Positions 38,056 to 53,409 are shown, counted from the stretch's first letter. The stretch is DNA of 64,000 bases from Phoronis australis (GCA_002633005.1 NMRA01000233.1:124001-188000), one strand, 5' to 3'. The notes: generated by a model not told the origin, from the sequence alone. Numbers and translations are program-made.

Positions 38056-41000
38056 CTTGTAGTACAGGCCACTATTTCCTGGTGTATCTCAGGAATGTTA
38101 TCCCGCAGGTATACTGGTGGCCGTTTGTGTGCGCTGTCCTTATCTGAGCTGGGGTGAATTATTGGTTTGCTTATTTCAGTCTTTCCCTGGATGTTAGTAG
38201 GTTAGCTGTTAATTTGTTTGGGTGGAAAATGACTCCTGAAATATTTCATGTGGCCACATAAACATACAGAGGTGTCCAAATTAATTGCATAATTGCCGTG
38301 TATGAGGTGATGTTTTGTCTCTCAAGCTTCTGACTTCCCGTTTCCATAAGTAACACATTGGTTGTGCCCAGTAGAGTGCAACTTTGGTGTCGATCCAAGT
38401 TATTGTCAGGGGTCACTGCTGTGACTATGTTGGAGGCCATATTAATCACCTGGCACGACAAGTACTTTTAAAAAGCTGAGTAGTTAGGGTACATCTGGCA
38501 TGGCAATCAATCAGAAATTGTCCATGGAGGCTCAAAGTTTGAGCAAGGTGGTGAAATTAAAGCTTGGGTGCTCAAAATTTGAGTGAGTGGCTCACCATGC
38601 TCACAAACCCTGGTATGTACACTGTGTTGTAATCTTGTATGTTGAAAATTAGTTTTCCTTCTTCTGTCCTTGACAGTACTCTGGTGTTGTGTAAGCGTGG
38701 ATTGGCAACCTGCCAGGTGCCTACTGACTCAGGAAGTGGTGTGATAACTAACTTGCCACTAAATTACCTGGCTTCTGTGTACAACTGCTAGTTTTACTTG
38801 ACGTATGGAAACATCCTGAATTTAGACTAGGGAACGCGGGAAACTAGGGGTGGGGAAGTTCATAACTCCTATGGTTTGAAGCTGCAAGGACAGTTTTTGC
38901 AATTGTGTCAAAATTGGTGAGACTTTATGGCTGTTGACAGTTTCCCTACTTGTCCGTGCTCGGCTTATCGCTCAATCCCGAAATTTCCAAATTTTCACTT
39001 TTAAGTGCCCGCGTTTGGCTCACCTCTCCCCCATCTCCAATTCATACAACCAAGTTCTCCTTAAAGGTGTCCATGTCTTTGTTGTTGCCCGTCTTTTTTC
39101 GTCAAAATTTAGCTGTCAAAAGCATACCATTGGCATAGTTTGACTAACGATCAGTCACTTTAAATGGAACCTTGCATTATTGAGACGGTGAATTAGCCTA
39201 TTCTCCTGCTCTGTTGTGAAGGACACATAGAATGGTTCTTGAGCTTGTGTGAATTCTAATATCATCCTCTTGTACAAAAACTAATCCTACTAGTGTGTAA
39301 AAGACCGTGAAAGCATCCCTGTAAACAGTACATTGTGAATGGCGGAATATGCCTTGCGCAAAAGGCTGGCTGTCAGCTGCCATGCATAGTCATTCCAATG
39401 GATTATCCATTAACGGAAAACCGTTCATGTGAGCTGAATCCGCGCAGTCCTACAGGCTGGAACGCTGCTTCAGTATGGTCACCTGGTGAATTTAAGACCC
39501 TTATAGAAGGTAACATGCAACTTGGAGTTTTTTCAGCCCACATGCACTGAACCATTACATGTGGGTGACCTCCGCTGTGTCACACTCACCACCCCTCATT
39601 ATTTGTGCATGGTTGCCTGAGCGGTACCTACCCAACAATAATGAACTGGTCCAAGTGAGACAGGGCTGGACATAAGCGAGTAAACTCTCAAAAATACGAA
39701 TAGAGAAGTAAAATAGAAGTACAGGTGCTGAGCAGACGTGCGTCGACATTTACAAATTAGGAAATGTGAGTGCAAAGAAACAATCACGGGTATTTTCAAG
39801 TAGACACTTTCTCCTGTGTCAAGCACTGTGAGACATTCACCTTACGTACTGCCTTGTGAGGCAAAATGCTCGTGGCCCCTTTCGCCGGGGCCGTGACCTA
39901 TGAACTGAGCTCATTTGCATTCAGGGTGTGTAGCTTTTAGTCTGTGGTGGCTCTATCTGGGATGGAAATGGTAGGACACCTAGTGTACGCCTTTAGTCCA
40001 CTCGGGTTGCTCGAACCGTGTGCTGACTTTATATCTGTTCTCTAAATACTCTATTGTTCACCTGAAGTTTAGAAATATGTGCATCGTTGAGATTTTCAGT
40101 ACGTAGTAGAGCTTAAAACGAAAATTCATACATTTGATTTCACGACAAAAACTGAAATGCCCACCAAGAAAATTCTGTTCCTTATTTTGATGTTGCACTG
40201 CAGTGTGTTAACAAAACCAACATTTGGTAAAACTTTGGTTATTGTAGTATTCCGTGATGGTTCATCGTGAAAAAACAGAAAAATGGCAATTTTGGTAATC
40301 ATTTGCTTGTGGAAGTCTCTTAGAGATGCAGCTCGTTTCACTTTGTTGTACATTCTGTTCAGTTTGTTACGGTTATTCACCTTTTCATTAATTTCAAAAA
40401 AGAACGTGTGTTCAAGGCAGATCCAGGATATAATTGAGGTGCATGGGTTTGAAATTATGGATTTTTGATCACCAGTGTTGGCAAACAGCTTGACACAGAG
40501 TGGGTGCAGGGCAATGCTTAGGAGGCAAATTATATAAAATGTCACTGGCCTTGGACTGTGAATTGGTATTGATTGCCAATGAGTAGTACTTATCCAGTGA
40601 AAAGACTCTAGACACTATGTAAACATTAGTAAAGTCTTGTGCCCCATGCATTGACCTGTCTGCTGTTCAGATATCTGGTCTTGTTGGCACCTGCAACCTA
40701 TTATGTAATTAGCTTTAGGTCAGGTCCTAATAGCCATTTTCCAACAAATGACTTGGTAAAATACACCTTGCCACTGGATGGCAGTAAAGTTGGTGGACAT
40801 CAGGCTACCTTCTTGTACGGATTTAAAAAGACAACTGGTTTCAAGGCCGAAAAACGCTTTTGCAAGGTTGTTTTGGAGTAGGATTGACTTCTTAAAGTTA
40901 CTTACGTACGTTATTTCTGTTGAGCAATTGTCGTTACACTTAAGTTAGACTCACAGGACAGGTTTTTCTATTGTCTAGGCCAAATAAATTGAAGTAAAGT

Positions 41001-43720
41001 GAACCCTTAATTTAAGTGCACTTATCTTGAAATATCTAAGTAATTANGGCATTTTTCGCATGTAGTTCATGGGCTGGGCGCTTACTTTAGCAAAGTCTGA
41101 AAACGCGTTGGGGCACTTGTTGAGCCATGGGTGCTAATTAGGGCGAATAGCGGCAGAATTACATACAGCAGCGTAGTTTAATGCACACAAATTACACGTT
41201 GTGCAAACCAGTCGGTCATCCCGTTTACCATCAACAATCCCAGTAGCCTTTGCGCACCCTAATTTCCGGACATGCGCAATCGTTAAATCGATTCGGTTGC
41301 AACTCCGCTATTTAAGTGCACTTATCTTGAAATATCTAAGTAATTACTAAGTGTTAACTAATAAAAATATATATTTCCTGAAACTAACGAGTCTAGGTTA
41401 TTCTATCCTCTCTTCAATTGTCGAATAAATATGTTCAAAACTTTGACGTAATCTTATAAACTCTTGATTTGCTCTGCAGCACTTTTGGGTTAATGAATAA
41501 TAGGGCTTTGCATTGTGGGAAAAATTTGGCGTGAGATTTGAATGGAATGATAAGTTGTACGTAACCACAATGGGCATATTGATAATAGTCTTTCGAAAAG
41601 TATGAAATTAAATTTATTTGGAATCCTCTTTCATTTTCCTGTGATGCGCAGGCAGCACAGCCCATATTTCTAAAGTAGAATTTTTTTGTGAAATAGGGTT
41701 ACACGTAACCTTAAGTTGATTTTGGACAACATTTGGCAAGAAATGCAGAAATGTGGGGTTTATTTAAGTTTATTCAGTTTCGTTATCAAATTATTGGCAA
41801 CTGCTGCAAAACCATCAAATTATTGGCAACTGCTGCAAAACCAATGTTCTCGTATTTATTTGTATTGTGTAAATAAGGTTAAGATTGTGAGGGACGTTAT
41901 TCTTCACATTAAGCCAAATATCTGCAAAACTTTTGAAATTAACACAATCAAAGTATGTGCTTTCTGCATGGTATCCTAATTTACCTGGTGCACCCCTCAA
42001 AAACATAATGGACATTCCACACCCACAGCTGTTAAATGTTCTGCACAAGATTCACCCACAGGTCATTCATTGTCTGTGGTTCATTACAGTCAGATCATCT
42101 GATGCCACAAACCATTGTAAGGATGTGCCCAACTTAGTCGGTCAGGCTGATTGGTTTCTGCCAAAATGATGGACAATTTTGTGTTGGCCACAGTTGTATG
42201 ACTGAAGCCAGTCAGCAAAGTACACAAACTCAATTAACAGAGCATGTTAAGTATGCGTACTTTGCCTTTTTAGGAGAATCCTGGCCCTTCTGGTTGTAAA
42301 TTGCCACGATTTTTAGTTTTCGTCCTCCATTTTTGCTAGCGATATGGTTTCCCACCTGGGATAACAGAAAGGTGAACATTGTGGGCCTGTTGACCAAAAA
42401 TTGACCCAACGCTGCTGAGAACTATTTGCCGGTGTCACATTTAATATACTCTACTTCCTCTGTATGTGAGGACCTTGTTGTTTTGAAGCAACTATTGCCA
42501 GATGGATTTGAAAAGTAAGCTAGGCCCAGTAGTTTCCGTGAAACATTCTGTAAAGTGTTAACATCTTGCGGTTTCCAAATTTTTGTCTCAAAATGCTGTA
42601 CACTCCTCCTCTGGAAAAGTTTAGAATCAATAGACTTGAGGTTAACCATTTGGTAGACTTCAACTCACTTTTGTTGTAGCACCATTGAAAATTTCCCCCC
42701 ATTTATGTCCCTGGCTCAGCACCACAAAAGCAGCCTTTGTCCAGTTGTTGCTCCATTCCATTGGTATCAACATGTAGGTCACTGGCATCAGGTTGAAGCC
42801 AGTGCCTGTATTTATCTTAGCTGCAGTTCATTCACCCCTTGACTTTATCTGCAGGAGTACATACATTGTTGGCAGCCATGTGTACCTCAGTTGTGTGTCT
42901 TGTCTGTGTTTGCTCATGCCCCTGTGTTAATGCTTAGTTTATCCATTCAGCGCTCAGATTGCAAAAAATACCCTTGGGTTTCTGTCACTTGCCCTGGAGA
43001 CTTAGCGCTCAAACGCTTTTTAGAACGTAGATATTGATTAGGAAAACTTGTCAGATTTGTGTGATGCCGTCGGTTTACACTGGCTGGTCAGCTTTCCTAA
43101 AGATGCTTCGAGTCTAAAAGGGACGTTACTGATAGTATCAACAGTGCAGAATCGAACGAACTAACTTCGCAGTAGTAGCTGAGTGCTCTGCAGCTGAGTC
43201 AAATCCCACGTGTTGAGTATTTTAAGCATATGTAAATGGTAATGATACCAGGCTTGATTTCAGCCGATGTCTAGCAGATAAAGACAAGAACTGGCAATTT
43301 GTAATAAAATTGCAAATCAATAGATTTTGTTGCTGTATATCTCTGAACAAAGAAGTCTATCCCAATAGTAACGTCCAAAAATTTTTTTTCATCCGTGAAA
43401 CAAATAATGGCCCCAAAGTATACACTGAAATGAATGACTTGTCCAGTTTACAAGCCTCAGTGTTAGAGGACAAAGAGTCTTCTCCTGTGGAGTTTCTGCT
43501 TATGGAGGTGGTGTGGATTATTTATGCATTGAATGTTATTGGTTGGGGTGACTGGCAGTCAGCCAGGTTAAAACAGCATTTCACCCTGTTTAAATGGCTA
43601 AAAAAAGAAAGTCGAATTAGGTCTATTACTATCATAAAATTGGCGTCATACTATTCCTTTCGGTGGCGGGATTCCATAGGTAACCATCTACTATCCATAT
43701 CTGTTGATGATCCGCGTAGG

Positions 43721-43956
43721 CATTGCCTGACTGTGATTCACATTGCTTGAAAGTGATACACATTGCCTGACTGTGATACACATTGCCTGACTGTGATACA
43801 CATTGCCTGAATGTGATACACATTGCCTGAATGTGATACACATTGCCTGAAAGTGATACACATTGCCTGACTGTGTTACACATTGCCTGAATGTGATACA
43901 CATTGCTTGAAAGTGATACACATTGCCTGAATGCGATACACATTGCCTGAATGTGA
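43721..43956. repeat. 20-bp minisatellite, about 12 copies
   Basis: unit cattgcctga(a/c)tgtgataca. Confidence 0.97.
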
Positions 43957-45809
43957 CTTTGAGTTGATAGCAGAAATGGAATCCTATCATGGTTAGGTAT
44001 GTTATAAGACCAATTGTATTACAGTGAAAAGCTTAATTCATGTTTTCATTTTTGGGCAGCTAAAATGGGTGAAATGCAACTTTAAAAATTGCATTTTGTA
44101 TGAGCAGGCTCTTACAACTTAGCCTACCCTAGTCTATCTCATGTTCTGATTTGAGGTCTGTCTGGTCTTCAAAAGTAGACTTCTTTCCCTATAGAAGGGG
44201 TTAGTGAACTCTTGGACCCCTTCCCTGATCATGCAGGTGGCACGTGTTTGCATCAGCTGTATATACTCCTGCTAAGGTCATTTATTTTGTGTTGTACAAC
44301 ACAGTCTATTAGGGACTATTTGCCTGTACTCTAGTGTCAACTGTTGAGGGGGTGTGTGTGGTTTCTGTAAGTGGTTAACTCTGCCAGGTAGTAAACAGGT
44401 CGGTTGTGGTTTTACTCCATTACTACGTGATTATTGAGTACTGATGTTGCCTGGGCTTAACCCAAAGTCTCCTATCATCTTACGTGGAGTCTGAAATGTG
44501 TGGACAGTCATTTCGCTGATGGTGTTGATGAGTGTGTTGATTCAGTGGCTTGTGGTTCATACCCTTTTCACTAGGTGTCTCTGTCATCAGTCCTTCACTG
44601 TTATGCCTTTCTAAACTCAAAACTGTGTACTGCAGTTGTAAATGGCCAATGAGTTTAAGGATTCAATCGAGGCATCAAAGCAGATTATGCTCATGTTCAG
44701 TCACAAAATTCTAAAGCTAAATTGGACTCGAGCTTGGTCAAGTTTAATGGTGCATCACCTACATCTTGTAATTATTGGCTGATGCGGCTCCCTTACCAAC
44801 TCTTTCTTTGTAATCTTGAAAAAGTCTGCCGATGAGCAAGGTAACCCTGGTTTGTCAAAAAGTCTTGACCAACGTTGTTGAGCCTGTCACCTTTTTCAAC
44901 ATTGAATTCCACCCTTGGCGAGCTTTGTATCTTGGTTTACCATTATGTGCAAGCTTGGTTAAGATTGCTGGTCAGTAACATGATTCAAGCTCGTATTTGT
45001 CAACCACTACGCTTTTTTACGGTGTTTGCAGTGCTTCATTGTAGCATTTGTGACCACATGTTTTCCCTCGCTCTTTGTGCCATTAAGTGAAAATTATGTC
45101 AAAAATCTTATGTGTGACTTTTGTGAAAAAGTAGACTACGGTGACTGTGTTCAGCCATACTCGGCAGCTACTGGGGCAGGTTTTGTTCCTGCGCCACTGT
45201 GGCTGCGTCTATGAGGTGAGTGCAGCACTTTGCTGCATTTTTTGGAAGAAGAGTGGTGTCGGTGTTCATTCCATATCACACCTGCATGGCGTTAAGCACA
45301 CTAAGTGGCCTAAATAAATAGGAAAGCCAGTCTTAACTATGTATCATGCCTGGAAAAATTGAGGTCAGGCTGGCAAAATGAAGAGACAACTTGCTCCTTG
45401 CTGGGGTGAGAAGTGATTTTTATTTGGTCTAGCACAAAAGGTTATTGCTGGGGGGGGATTAAAGTGACACCTCGTCAACTTGTACAGCTTGTTCTCGAGC
45501 AATACCGTAACGAACTGTCAGTTCTTTCAAAGCGTAACGAACTGTCAGTTCTTTCAAAGCGCAGAAATCGCACCTATTTTTACTAATACCATAATCGCAA
45601 CTGGCTAAAATGCTACAGTTATTTCTTAAAGCACTTTTGCTAGCTGCAAAAATGCCAGTCATGTGAAGGGTCGCAAGGGTCACTTTTGGTGGTGCTTTGC
45701 TTTTGGTAACTGCTGGCCAAATTGCTTACTTCAAAAGATGCACTTGTTCAGGGGAAAGAGGGCAACACATTAATCAATTGATGATGAAGAGTGAAAGTTT
45801 TTGGCTTTA

Positions 45810-47451
45810 GGTTATGTAGGACCTTATTGACAGGTCGCACATTTAGCCAAACATTTTGGAAACTATAGATATAAACTCAGTAAAAGAATATATATTTTCT
45901 GAAAGTAGAAAGCCTGTAGAATTTGATTTTTGATTTTTGGCCAATGTGTTATTAATTTGGTCTCATGACCATGTCTTTCGTAAAATTTAGAAAAAAGAAA
46001 CTTAAGGTACACAGATAGCAAAACAATGGTATCAATAACATGTTAATTCTAGTTGATATAAATATTCAAAGTGAGATCTCAGACATGCTGTTACAATTTT
46101 TTGAAATTTCATTTTTGTTTTGTGGCACTTAANNNNNNNNNNNNNNNNNNNNNNNNNNNNNNNNNNNNNNNNNNNNNNNNNNNNNAAAATAAATCTGAAG
46201 CTAATATCTACGATGTTTCGTCGACTGGGGATAAGGGCGATGATGAAATCGCCGATGTTGCCGATCCAGTATTAGCAGCACTTGGTGCCGATTGGTCTCG
46301 GGACTTGTGCAATAATAATTTAATGGGATTTACTGAAATAACCAGTGTTAATCATGACTTATAACCTTCAGCCAAACCTGTTCACTGTTTCAAACTGCTT
46401 TGCCAGATATTATTTTTGAAATGGTGTCTCAGGGAACGAATCTTTTTGGCCAGCAGAATTTTACAACATCACTGGAAACAAAATGGCAGCCAACATGCCC
46501 TGATGAAATAAAGTTTTTTTTTTCTTTATTGGGATCATGATGGGTATTAAGCAGTTGCCAATAATAAAAGTAACATTTTCTAAGACAGTAAAAGTTTATT
46601 TCATGCATTACACATAATTCGAAATGTTGTGAATTCGGAATATGACTTACCTGTACTTACCTATACCTACTTGTTTGTTGTGGCTCATTACCTTCAGGTA
46701 ATGGTTAAATGGTAACCTGTGACTGTTGTTTAACATTTTGCTGAGTATGTTTTTGGTCTTAACTGTTATTGCAAACCAAATTATCCTAAGATTTTGGGCT
46801 TGTACATTGTGTTCATCTTTCTGCCAGTTGACTTGGTTGTTACCTGCTTGTTATTATCTAACATATTGTTTTGGTAATGCAGTGAATACTTACCTGACTT
46901 CTTAGAATGAATTGAAGAACATTGTGAATTAATTATTTTATTTTCTAAGCAATAAAAACAGTGATATTTTGGATGGAAATGGCGTAATTTAATTGACAAG
47001 CACATTATTTGCTACCTTTACCTGCATTTACCTGATAATTTGATGAGTTTCGCTCATAAAGTCAACAGCTACATGAACACCATCATATGTCGGATATATG
47101 ATCCAAAAATCAAGTTAATATCTTGCCAAATAGTAAAGTTATGGTCATTTTTGTACATGCACTCAAAATAAGTGGAATTTCTCAATTTAATGTGGTCTTC
47201 ACCATATGGTGATTTTGCTGTAAATAGAAACACGATAGGGTTAAGAGTTTTTTCATGAAAATCTCAAAAGTCCCACTTTTGATAGTCCCTGATGCAAGAG
47301 TGAAACATTTTAGAAACGCTCCCCAACAGCGTTTTGGAGATCAGTGCATAGCGCATAGTACCTGAAACTTGTGAATCCTATTAGTCGTTTCTGAGATATG
47401 ATGTTCCAAAGTTAGTCAAATTTGGACATTTTTCTAGGGTCCTACCTAGCC
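45810..47451. mobile_element. possible Kolobok-like TIR element spanning the N gap
   Basis: ttta|ggttatgtaggacctta ... tagggtcctacctagcc|ttaa; imperfect TIR with a TTAA-like TSD. Confidence 0.5.
46133..46185. other. assembly gap (53 N)
   Basis: run of n. Confidence 1.
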
Positions 47452-48516
47452 TTAATAGTGATTGCTGGCGACAATGCCTCCTGGTGGACATCCTTGTGTG
47501 TCTCGTTAAAATGAAACTCTAAAGCTAATTCGCCACCACTGTGAAAGGAGCAATTTGAGACCAATTTCATAGCGCTTAGTCCTAATCAAAAGCTGTTTTT
47601 TATGGCCGAGTGGATTTATAACCGCTTAAAGTTACATTTTGTCACATAAATAGTAACATAATTCATTAATGTGCACTGTAGAATATATATTTAGATTTAA
47701 TCTAATATTGTAATAGTATACACGTGGGTGTGTCCTTTCTCTGCTTCTTACAACAGTAATGTCAGTGGGTTAGAGACTGCCTATTGTTTGGTTTAGTTGG
47801 CTAGTATCAACTGTAGTTTTAATGGTCATCAATCTGGCATTAAATCTCCCTACTTCCTGCTCTTTCACCCCTTTGACACAATTCTCATCTAGATTTAGTA
47901 GATGCATTCAGTTTAGTTTACTTGGAGACAGTTGAATAGGTAAAGTTCACATGATGTGGTAAAGCACACGTTGTTAGAGAAAACAGTGGCCAGTTGGGAA
48001 AACATGTAAATTGTAAAATTAGATATGTACAGTCGATATGACGGCTTGCATCCTCAATGCCTCAATTTTAAGTCCTCTTGATTGGCCTTGACCACATTCC
48101 CCGCTGAAAAACGTTTTAAAATTCCGCATAATGATTCCCTTCACCTGACCCAAAAATTGCTCTCTAATGACTAAAAATTCTGTTAGAGGTTAAAATCAGC
48201 CCCAAGTCACAAGATGTTCTGCGTCAGCTTGTATTAAGTGCAGAAGTCCAACACTTTAGAGCATGCGTTATATAGCCTCTGGAAATCAGTATGGATTGTA
48301 AATACGTTGCTGATTACTTAATAACCCTCTGTCATATATCTCCATCATGGTGGTAACCAACAGTAGAAGGATTCTCCTGTTGTTTGACGAAGCATCCCCT
48401 ATCGAAAGCCTCTGGCACCTTTCCCATCAGTCGAGTAAAATACATGATGGCTGTGTTCACTTCACTGTTTCATGTTCTGCACATCCTAACCAGCTCCCTC
48501 TCCCTTGTCATTACAG

Positions 48517-48622
48517 AATTCCATTCGACACAACCTTTCATTGCACAATCGGTTCATGAGAATACAGAATGAGGGTACAGGCAAGAGCTCTTGGTGGGTC
48601 ATCAACCCAGACGCCAAACCAG
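48517..48622 (+). CDS. FOXO: FoxO coding exon 2 (forkhead recognition helix and wing)
   Basis: ttacag|aat...ccag|gtgagt; [35 protein letters not shown]; phase 0 to 1; this frame is not in the ORF track. Confidence 0.98.
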
Positions 48623-50625
48623 GTGAGTAGGACCCAGGCTAACAGCCACCTTTTCCCGAAGGTGTCACCTCCAGTGGTTATCGCTGTGCTTATTCAAAAA
48701 TGCATAATACCTCCTGTTAAAGCCGCATTTTGTCTTGTTTAACTGGCTAACGAATATAAACCAAAGTAGAGCTTTTAGTCTCGTAAAATCTGTCTCATGG
48801 TTTTCCTTACAGTGGCAGGGTTCCACTTCCATTTACAACTTGGGTCACAGACAATGCCGTAGGACTTGAGTAACAAATAGGAATGCTGTCATGGTATGGA
48901 ATGTTGCGAGACGAATTTTACGAGTGTAGAAGTCCTAGCAACTCGGTTTTTATTTTTAGACCTAAGGTTAAACATGGTAGCATGCAGCTTTAAGTGTGCA
49001 AAAAACCTGAATCCAAACTAGGCCACTCGCAGAAGTATCTAAATTGACCTTGCCATGACGGGACTTAACTTGCTTTGTCACAAAGTTCACGCAGATCATT
49101 TGCTAGACAAAACTGTTTTAGAAAATTACAGCTGACCAGCCATTCTGTAATTCGACTGCTACAGTTCTGTTGCAGGTTTCCTTTCCATAACAACTGAATT
49201 TTGAAACCAATATTATCAAAGCACATCCAGTTTGGTAGGTTTAATTCGGGCATTTATTGATTTGGTATTTACGTAAGCCCTTGGTGGAAAGATAATCAGT
49301 GATTTCAAATGGCCACAGTTTTCAGTTGACATTAAAATTAAGCAAGAATAGGAGACTACTACCTCTACCTATTTGTTTTCTCAAAAGTCTTCATTTCAAA
49401 AGATAACCAACACCACCTTTATGCTTTAGTTTCTGCTTTATCTGTACTATAACTGCCAACATACACAATCAGGGGCAGTCTCTACTGTGTTATGAGTTCT
49501 TTGAAAAGGGGTAAAATTTATTCTACGTTTTTTTTTTGTGCCTGTGTTGTTTTGATCCTGTAACTTCTCCGATATTTTGTTTATGAAATCTTTCATGGTC
49601 TCGATTCAAATTTCCAAGAACTTAAAGTGAAATCCTAGTATAGGACAAAGTAAGGCAGTCGTGCGAATGTTTGTCATGCAAAATTTTGTTGTCGTGGGAA
49701 ACTTTGTTTTTTTTTCCTTAAGCAATAATTAGCATCATAGCAATGCCTTTCTAATTTCAAGTTCTAAATCGTGCTAACGTTAGACGGCACTTTGAAAACA
49801 CACTGACAACTGTTAGTGGCTTGTGAATAAAGGTAAATTCTGCCTGTCATCTTTGTTCAATATATGTGAGATTACAGAATAATATCCTCCATAGTCTTTA
49901 TTTTGTCATTTTCTGCACTCACTGGTACAGAATACATTGTTTTACTTCTATGGTGCTGTTAGATGCATGGCATGACCAGTGGAAGTTTGATCAGGGACTT
50001 ATTGTAATGAGTTCTACTGAACCGTGAATCGGGTTGAAGGGTACCAACTGTGGCCATTTTCTGGAGGTTTTACCACCCTGTCACTCAAAAGAAAACATTT
50101 TTTTTTAAACCACAGGATTAAAAATGGCACATTCACTGTAGGTCAACTGTTGATTATTTGATATCTTTGTTGGCAATCGGAGAAGAGTGAGTTTTAAGAA
50201 AACGTGAAGGGAAATAAATTCACTTTTCAAAGTTTTAAAGGAGATTTGTGTTTCTGGTGTTGTATTTTTGTAAAGTCACTAATCCCCAGTTGTCCTAGGT
50301 ACATGTTTAAACATTGCTAGTTGTTCCCTTGGGACTTCTTTCAGTTAAAAGTTGCAACTTTGAGAATTCATAACTTGCTCCATGTTTCACTAAACGTTTA
50401 AGGTCAGTTGTTTTTTCTAAACGTAAACTCAAACATTTTAAATCTCGGGGAGAAAAGTCCTGACATAGTTGCCACACCTGTAAATCAGAGTTATGAAAGG
50501 TCACCACAGACAGATAGTTACCTGCTCAGCAGTCTGCCTTAAGTGAAGTTTACCTCACTTTGTTACCCTCAAATAGTAAGGCTAAGTGCTCACTCACTTG
50601 TAAACCATGGGTGTACTCTCTATAA

Positions 50626-53409
50626 ATGTAGTACACATAGTTGTAATGAGCGAGCGGGAGAGATGCGCTGTTTTCGGGTGATGCCATAATTGATTTTCAT
50701 TAGCTTTGAGTTCACTTCACTGCAGTTTTATGCTATACAGTGATTTCATTTACATTGGAGGCGCATAGCTCCTTATCAGCACCTGGTCCTTAGTGAAGCA
50801 AGGCCCAGACCCATTAACCAGGCAGTGAAGTGTTGCAGTTGCCATAACGACCAGTTTCCTTCATCTTATCTTTGTAGTCACTTCCAATGAGCCTACACAA
50901 CCACCCTCTTGCTCCTGAACATTGTAGTTGGCTTTTTTCCTTTTACTCTCATGTTACGGGGGTTTGTGCCAGCTCAGTAGTTGGAAGCATACAAGCACTG
51001 TCTGGTTCACCACTATCTAGTCAGTTTCAGTCCCTAAAGGCCGTACTGAAGGTATACAACTCAGTTAGTTTGTGGGGAATCGCAATAGGAGTCACTGTCT
51101 TCTTTTTCATCCCGAGTCAATTCTTGTGCGCAGGCTTCACGAAGCATAAACCTCGACACACTCTGATGGACGAATTCGGTCTCGCGAAAGGTACGATGAC
51201 CTTGGTTGCTTCTTTAAGTCGCTGAGGTCGGCAGTTTCACCAGCTTTTGACACCTGCCTATTCTCCTCTGACCTACCGCCTTTGGTTTTCGTTTAGTACT
51301 AAGCGTATTTTCGTGAATTTGATGGTATTGACATCACCTTGGTGTTTTCGGTAACAGTGGCATGCTGGGTTATGGTTATTTCCATTTTATTCGTTGCTAG
51401 AGTTTCAGTCTCTATTCGGGCTTGAGCATGTTTCCTGGATCTGATGGCTAGGCTAGCACTTCTGGCTCACCAAGTCGCTACTGGCAAATTCTGGGTGGAA
51501 CTGGCGATGGTAAAGCCAGTTCACCAATTTGGCAAACACTTCGCAAGTTATGAATGAAAAATTAAATTCAGAAATGTACTCTTGTGGTGAATCTGAGTCG
51601 GCGCGATTCAAAACCGAACAGCATCTTTACAGCGGTGTGTTCTTGGTGCCCAGTCAGGCTGTGAATTTGCCATTTGTTGACCGTACTTCCATGAAAAGGG
51701 TTAATGCGTAACCACATAACATGTTTAAGTGTGCTGTGTCTAGGGTTTAATGTTCTTGATAATACTGGATAATTCCCACAATTGCATGTGGGACGAGAAT
51801 GCCAAAACAGATTGTAGACAACTGTTAACCGGTTGACGAAAGAGAACCGGATTGGCTACAGAGCTGTTTAAGTGTGTGGAAAGTTCAGCGTGATATCGCT
51901 AGACACAAAGTACAATGTGACTGGCACGTAGACCTCGTGCCGTGCATTAACAGCGACTAGTATTCCTATACCCGGCACCAGGTGAACTCTCGATACCCAT
52001 TCAAAAGTAAGTCATTNATGTAGTACACATAGTTGTAATGAGCGAGCGGGAGAGATGCGCTGTTTTCGGGTGATGCCATAATTGATTTTCATTAGCTTTG
52101 AGTTCACTTCACTGCAGTTTTATGCTATACAGTGATTTCATTTACATTGGAGGCGCATAGCTCCTTATCAGCACCTGGTCCTTAGTGAAGCAAGGCCCAG
52201 ACCCATTAACCAGGCAGTGAAGTGTTGCAGTTGCCATAACGACCAGTTTCCTTCATCTTATCTTTGTAGTCACTTCCAATGAGCCTACACAACCACCCTC
52301 TTGCTCCTGAACATTGTAGTTGGCTTTTTTCCTTTTACTCTCATGTTACGGGGGTTTGTGCCAGCTCAGTAGTTGGAAGCATACAAGCACTGTCTGGTTC
52401 ACCACTATCTAGTCAGTTTCAGTCCCTAAAGGCCGTACTGAAGGTATACAACTCAGTTAGTTTGTGGGGAATCGCAATAGGAGTCACTGTCTTCTTTTTC
52501 ATCCCGAGTCAATTCTTGTGCGCAGGCTTCACGAAGCATAAACCTCGACACACTCTGATGGACGAATTCGGTATCGCGAAAGGTACGATGACCTTGGTTG
52601 CTTCTTTAAGTCGCTGAGGTCGGCAGTTTCACCAGCTTTTGACACCTGCCTATTCTCCTCTGACCTACCTCCTTTGGTTTTCGTTTAGTACTAAGCGTAT
52701 TTTCGTGAATTTGATGGTATTGACATCAGCTTGGTATTTTTGGTAACAGTGGCATGCTGGGTTATGGCTATTTCCATTTTATTCGTTGCTAGAGTTTCAG
52801 TCTCTATTTGGGCTTGAGCATGTTTCCTGGATCTGATGGCTAGACTAGCACTTCTGGCTCACCAAGTCGCTACTGGCAAATTCTGGGTGGAACTGGCGAT
52901 GGTAAAGCCAGTTCACCAATTTGGCAAACACTTTGCAAGTTATGAATGAAAAATTAAATTCAGAAATGTACTCTTGTGTTGAATCCCGAGTCGGCGCGAT
53001 TCAAAACCGAACAGCATCTTTACAGCGGTGTGTTCTTGGTGCCCAGTCAGGCTGTGAATTTGCCATTTGTTGACCGTACTTCCCTGAAAAGGGTTAATTC
53101 GTAACCACATAACATGTTTAAGTGTGCTGCGTCTAGGGTTTAATGTTCTTGATAATACTGGATAATTCCCACCATCGCATGTGGCACGAGAATGCCAAAA
53201 CAGATTGTAGACAACTGTTAACCGGTTGACGAAAGAGAACCGGATTGGCTACAGAGCTCTTTAAGTGTGTGGAAAGTTCAGCGTGATATCGCTAGACACA
53301 AAGTACAATGTGACTGGCACGTAGACCTCGTGCCGTGTATTAACAGCGACTAGTATTCCTATACCCGGCACCAGGTGAACTCTCGATACCCATTCAAAAG
53401 TAAGTCATT
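50626..53409. repeat. 1.39-kb tandem duplication split by a single N (52017); likely uncollapsed haplotypes
   Basis: 50626-52016 vs 52018-53409 near-identical; twin 112-aa ORFs offset by 1392 bp. Confidence 0.92.

Noticed and set aside
43632-43990. Repetitive Cys/His-rich minus-strand ORFs
   Set aside because: They are translations of the 20-bp minisatellite.
45110-45221. Alternative FoxO first exon ending gag|gtgagt
   Set aside because: Good donor, but no forkhead-like or otherwise convincing coding sequence upstream.
50887-52617. Twin 112-aa ORFs as a duplicated gene
   Set aside because: No recognisable domain; both lie in a near-identical duplication joined at a single N, typical of uncollapsed haplotype overlap.
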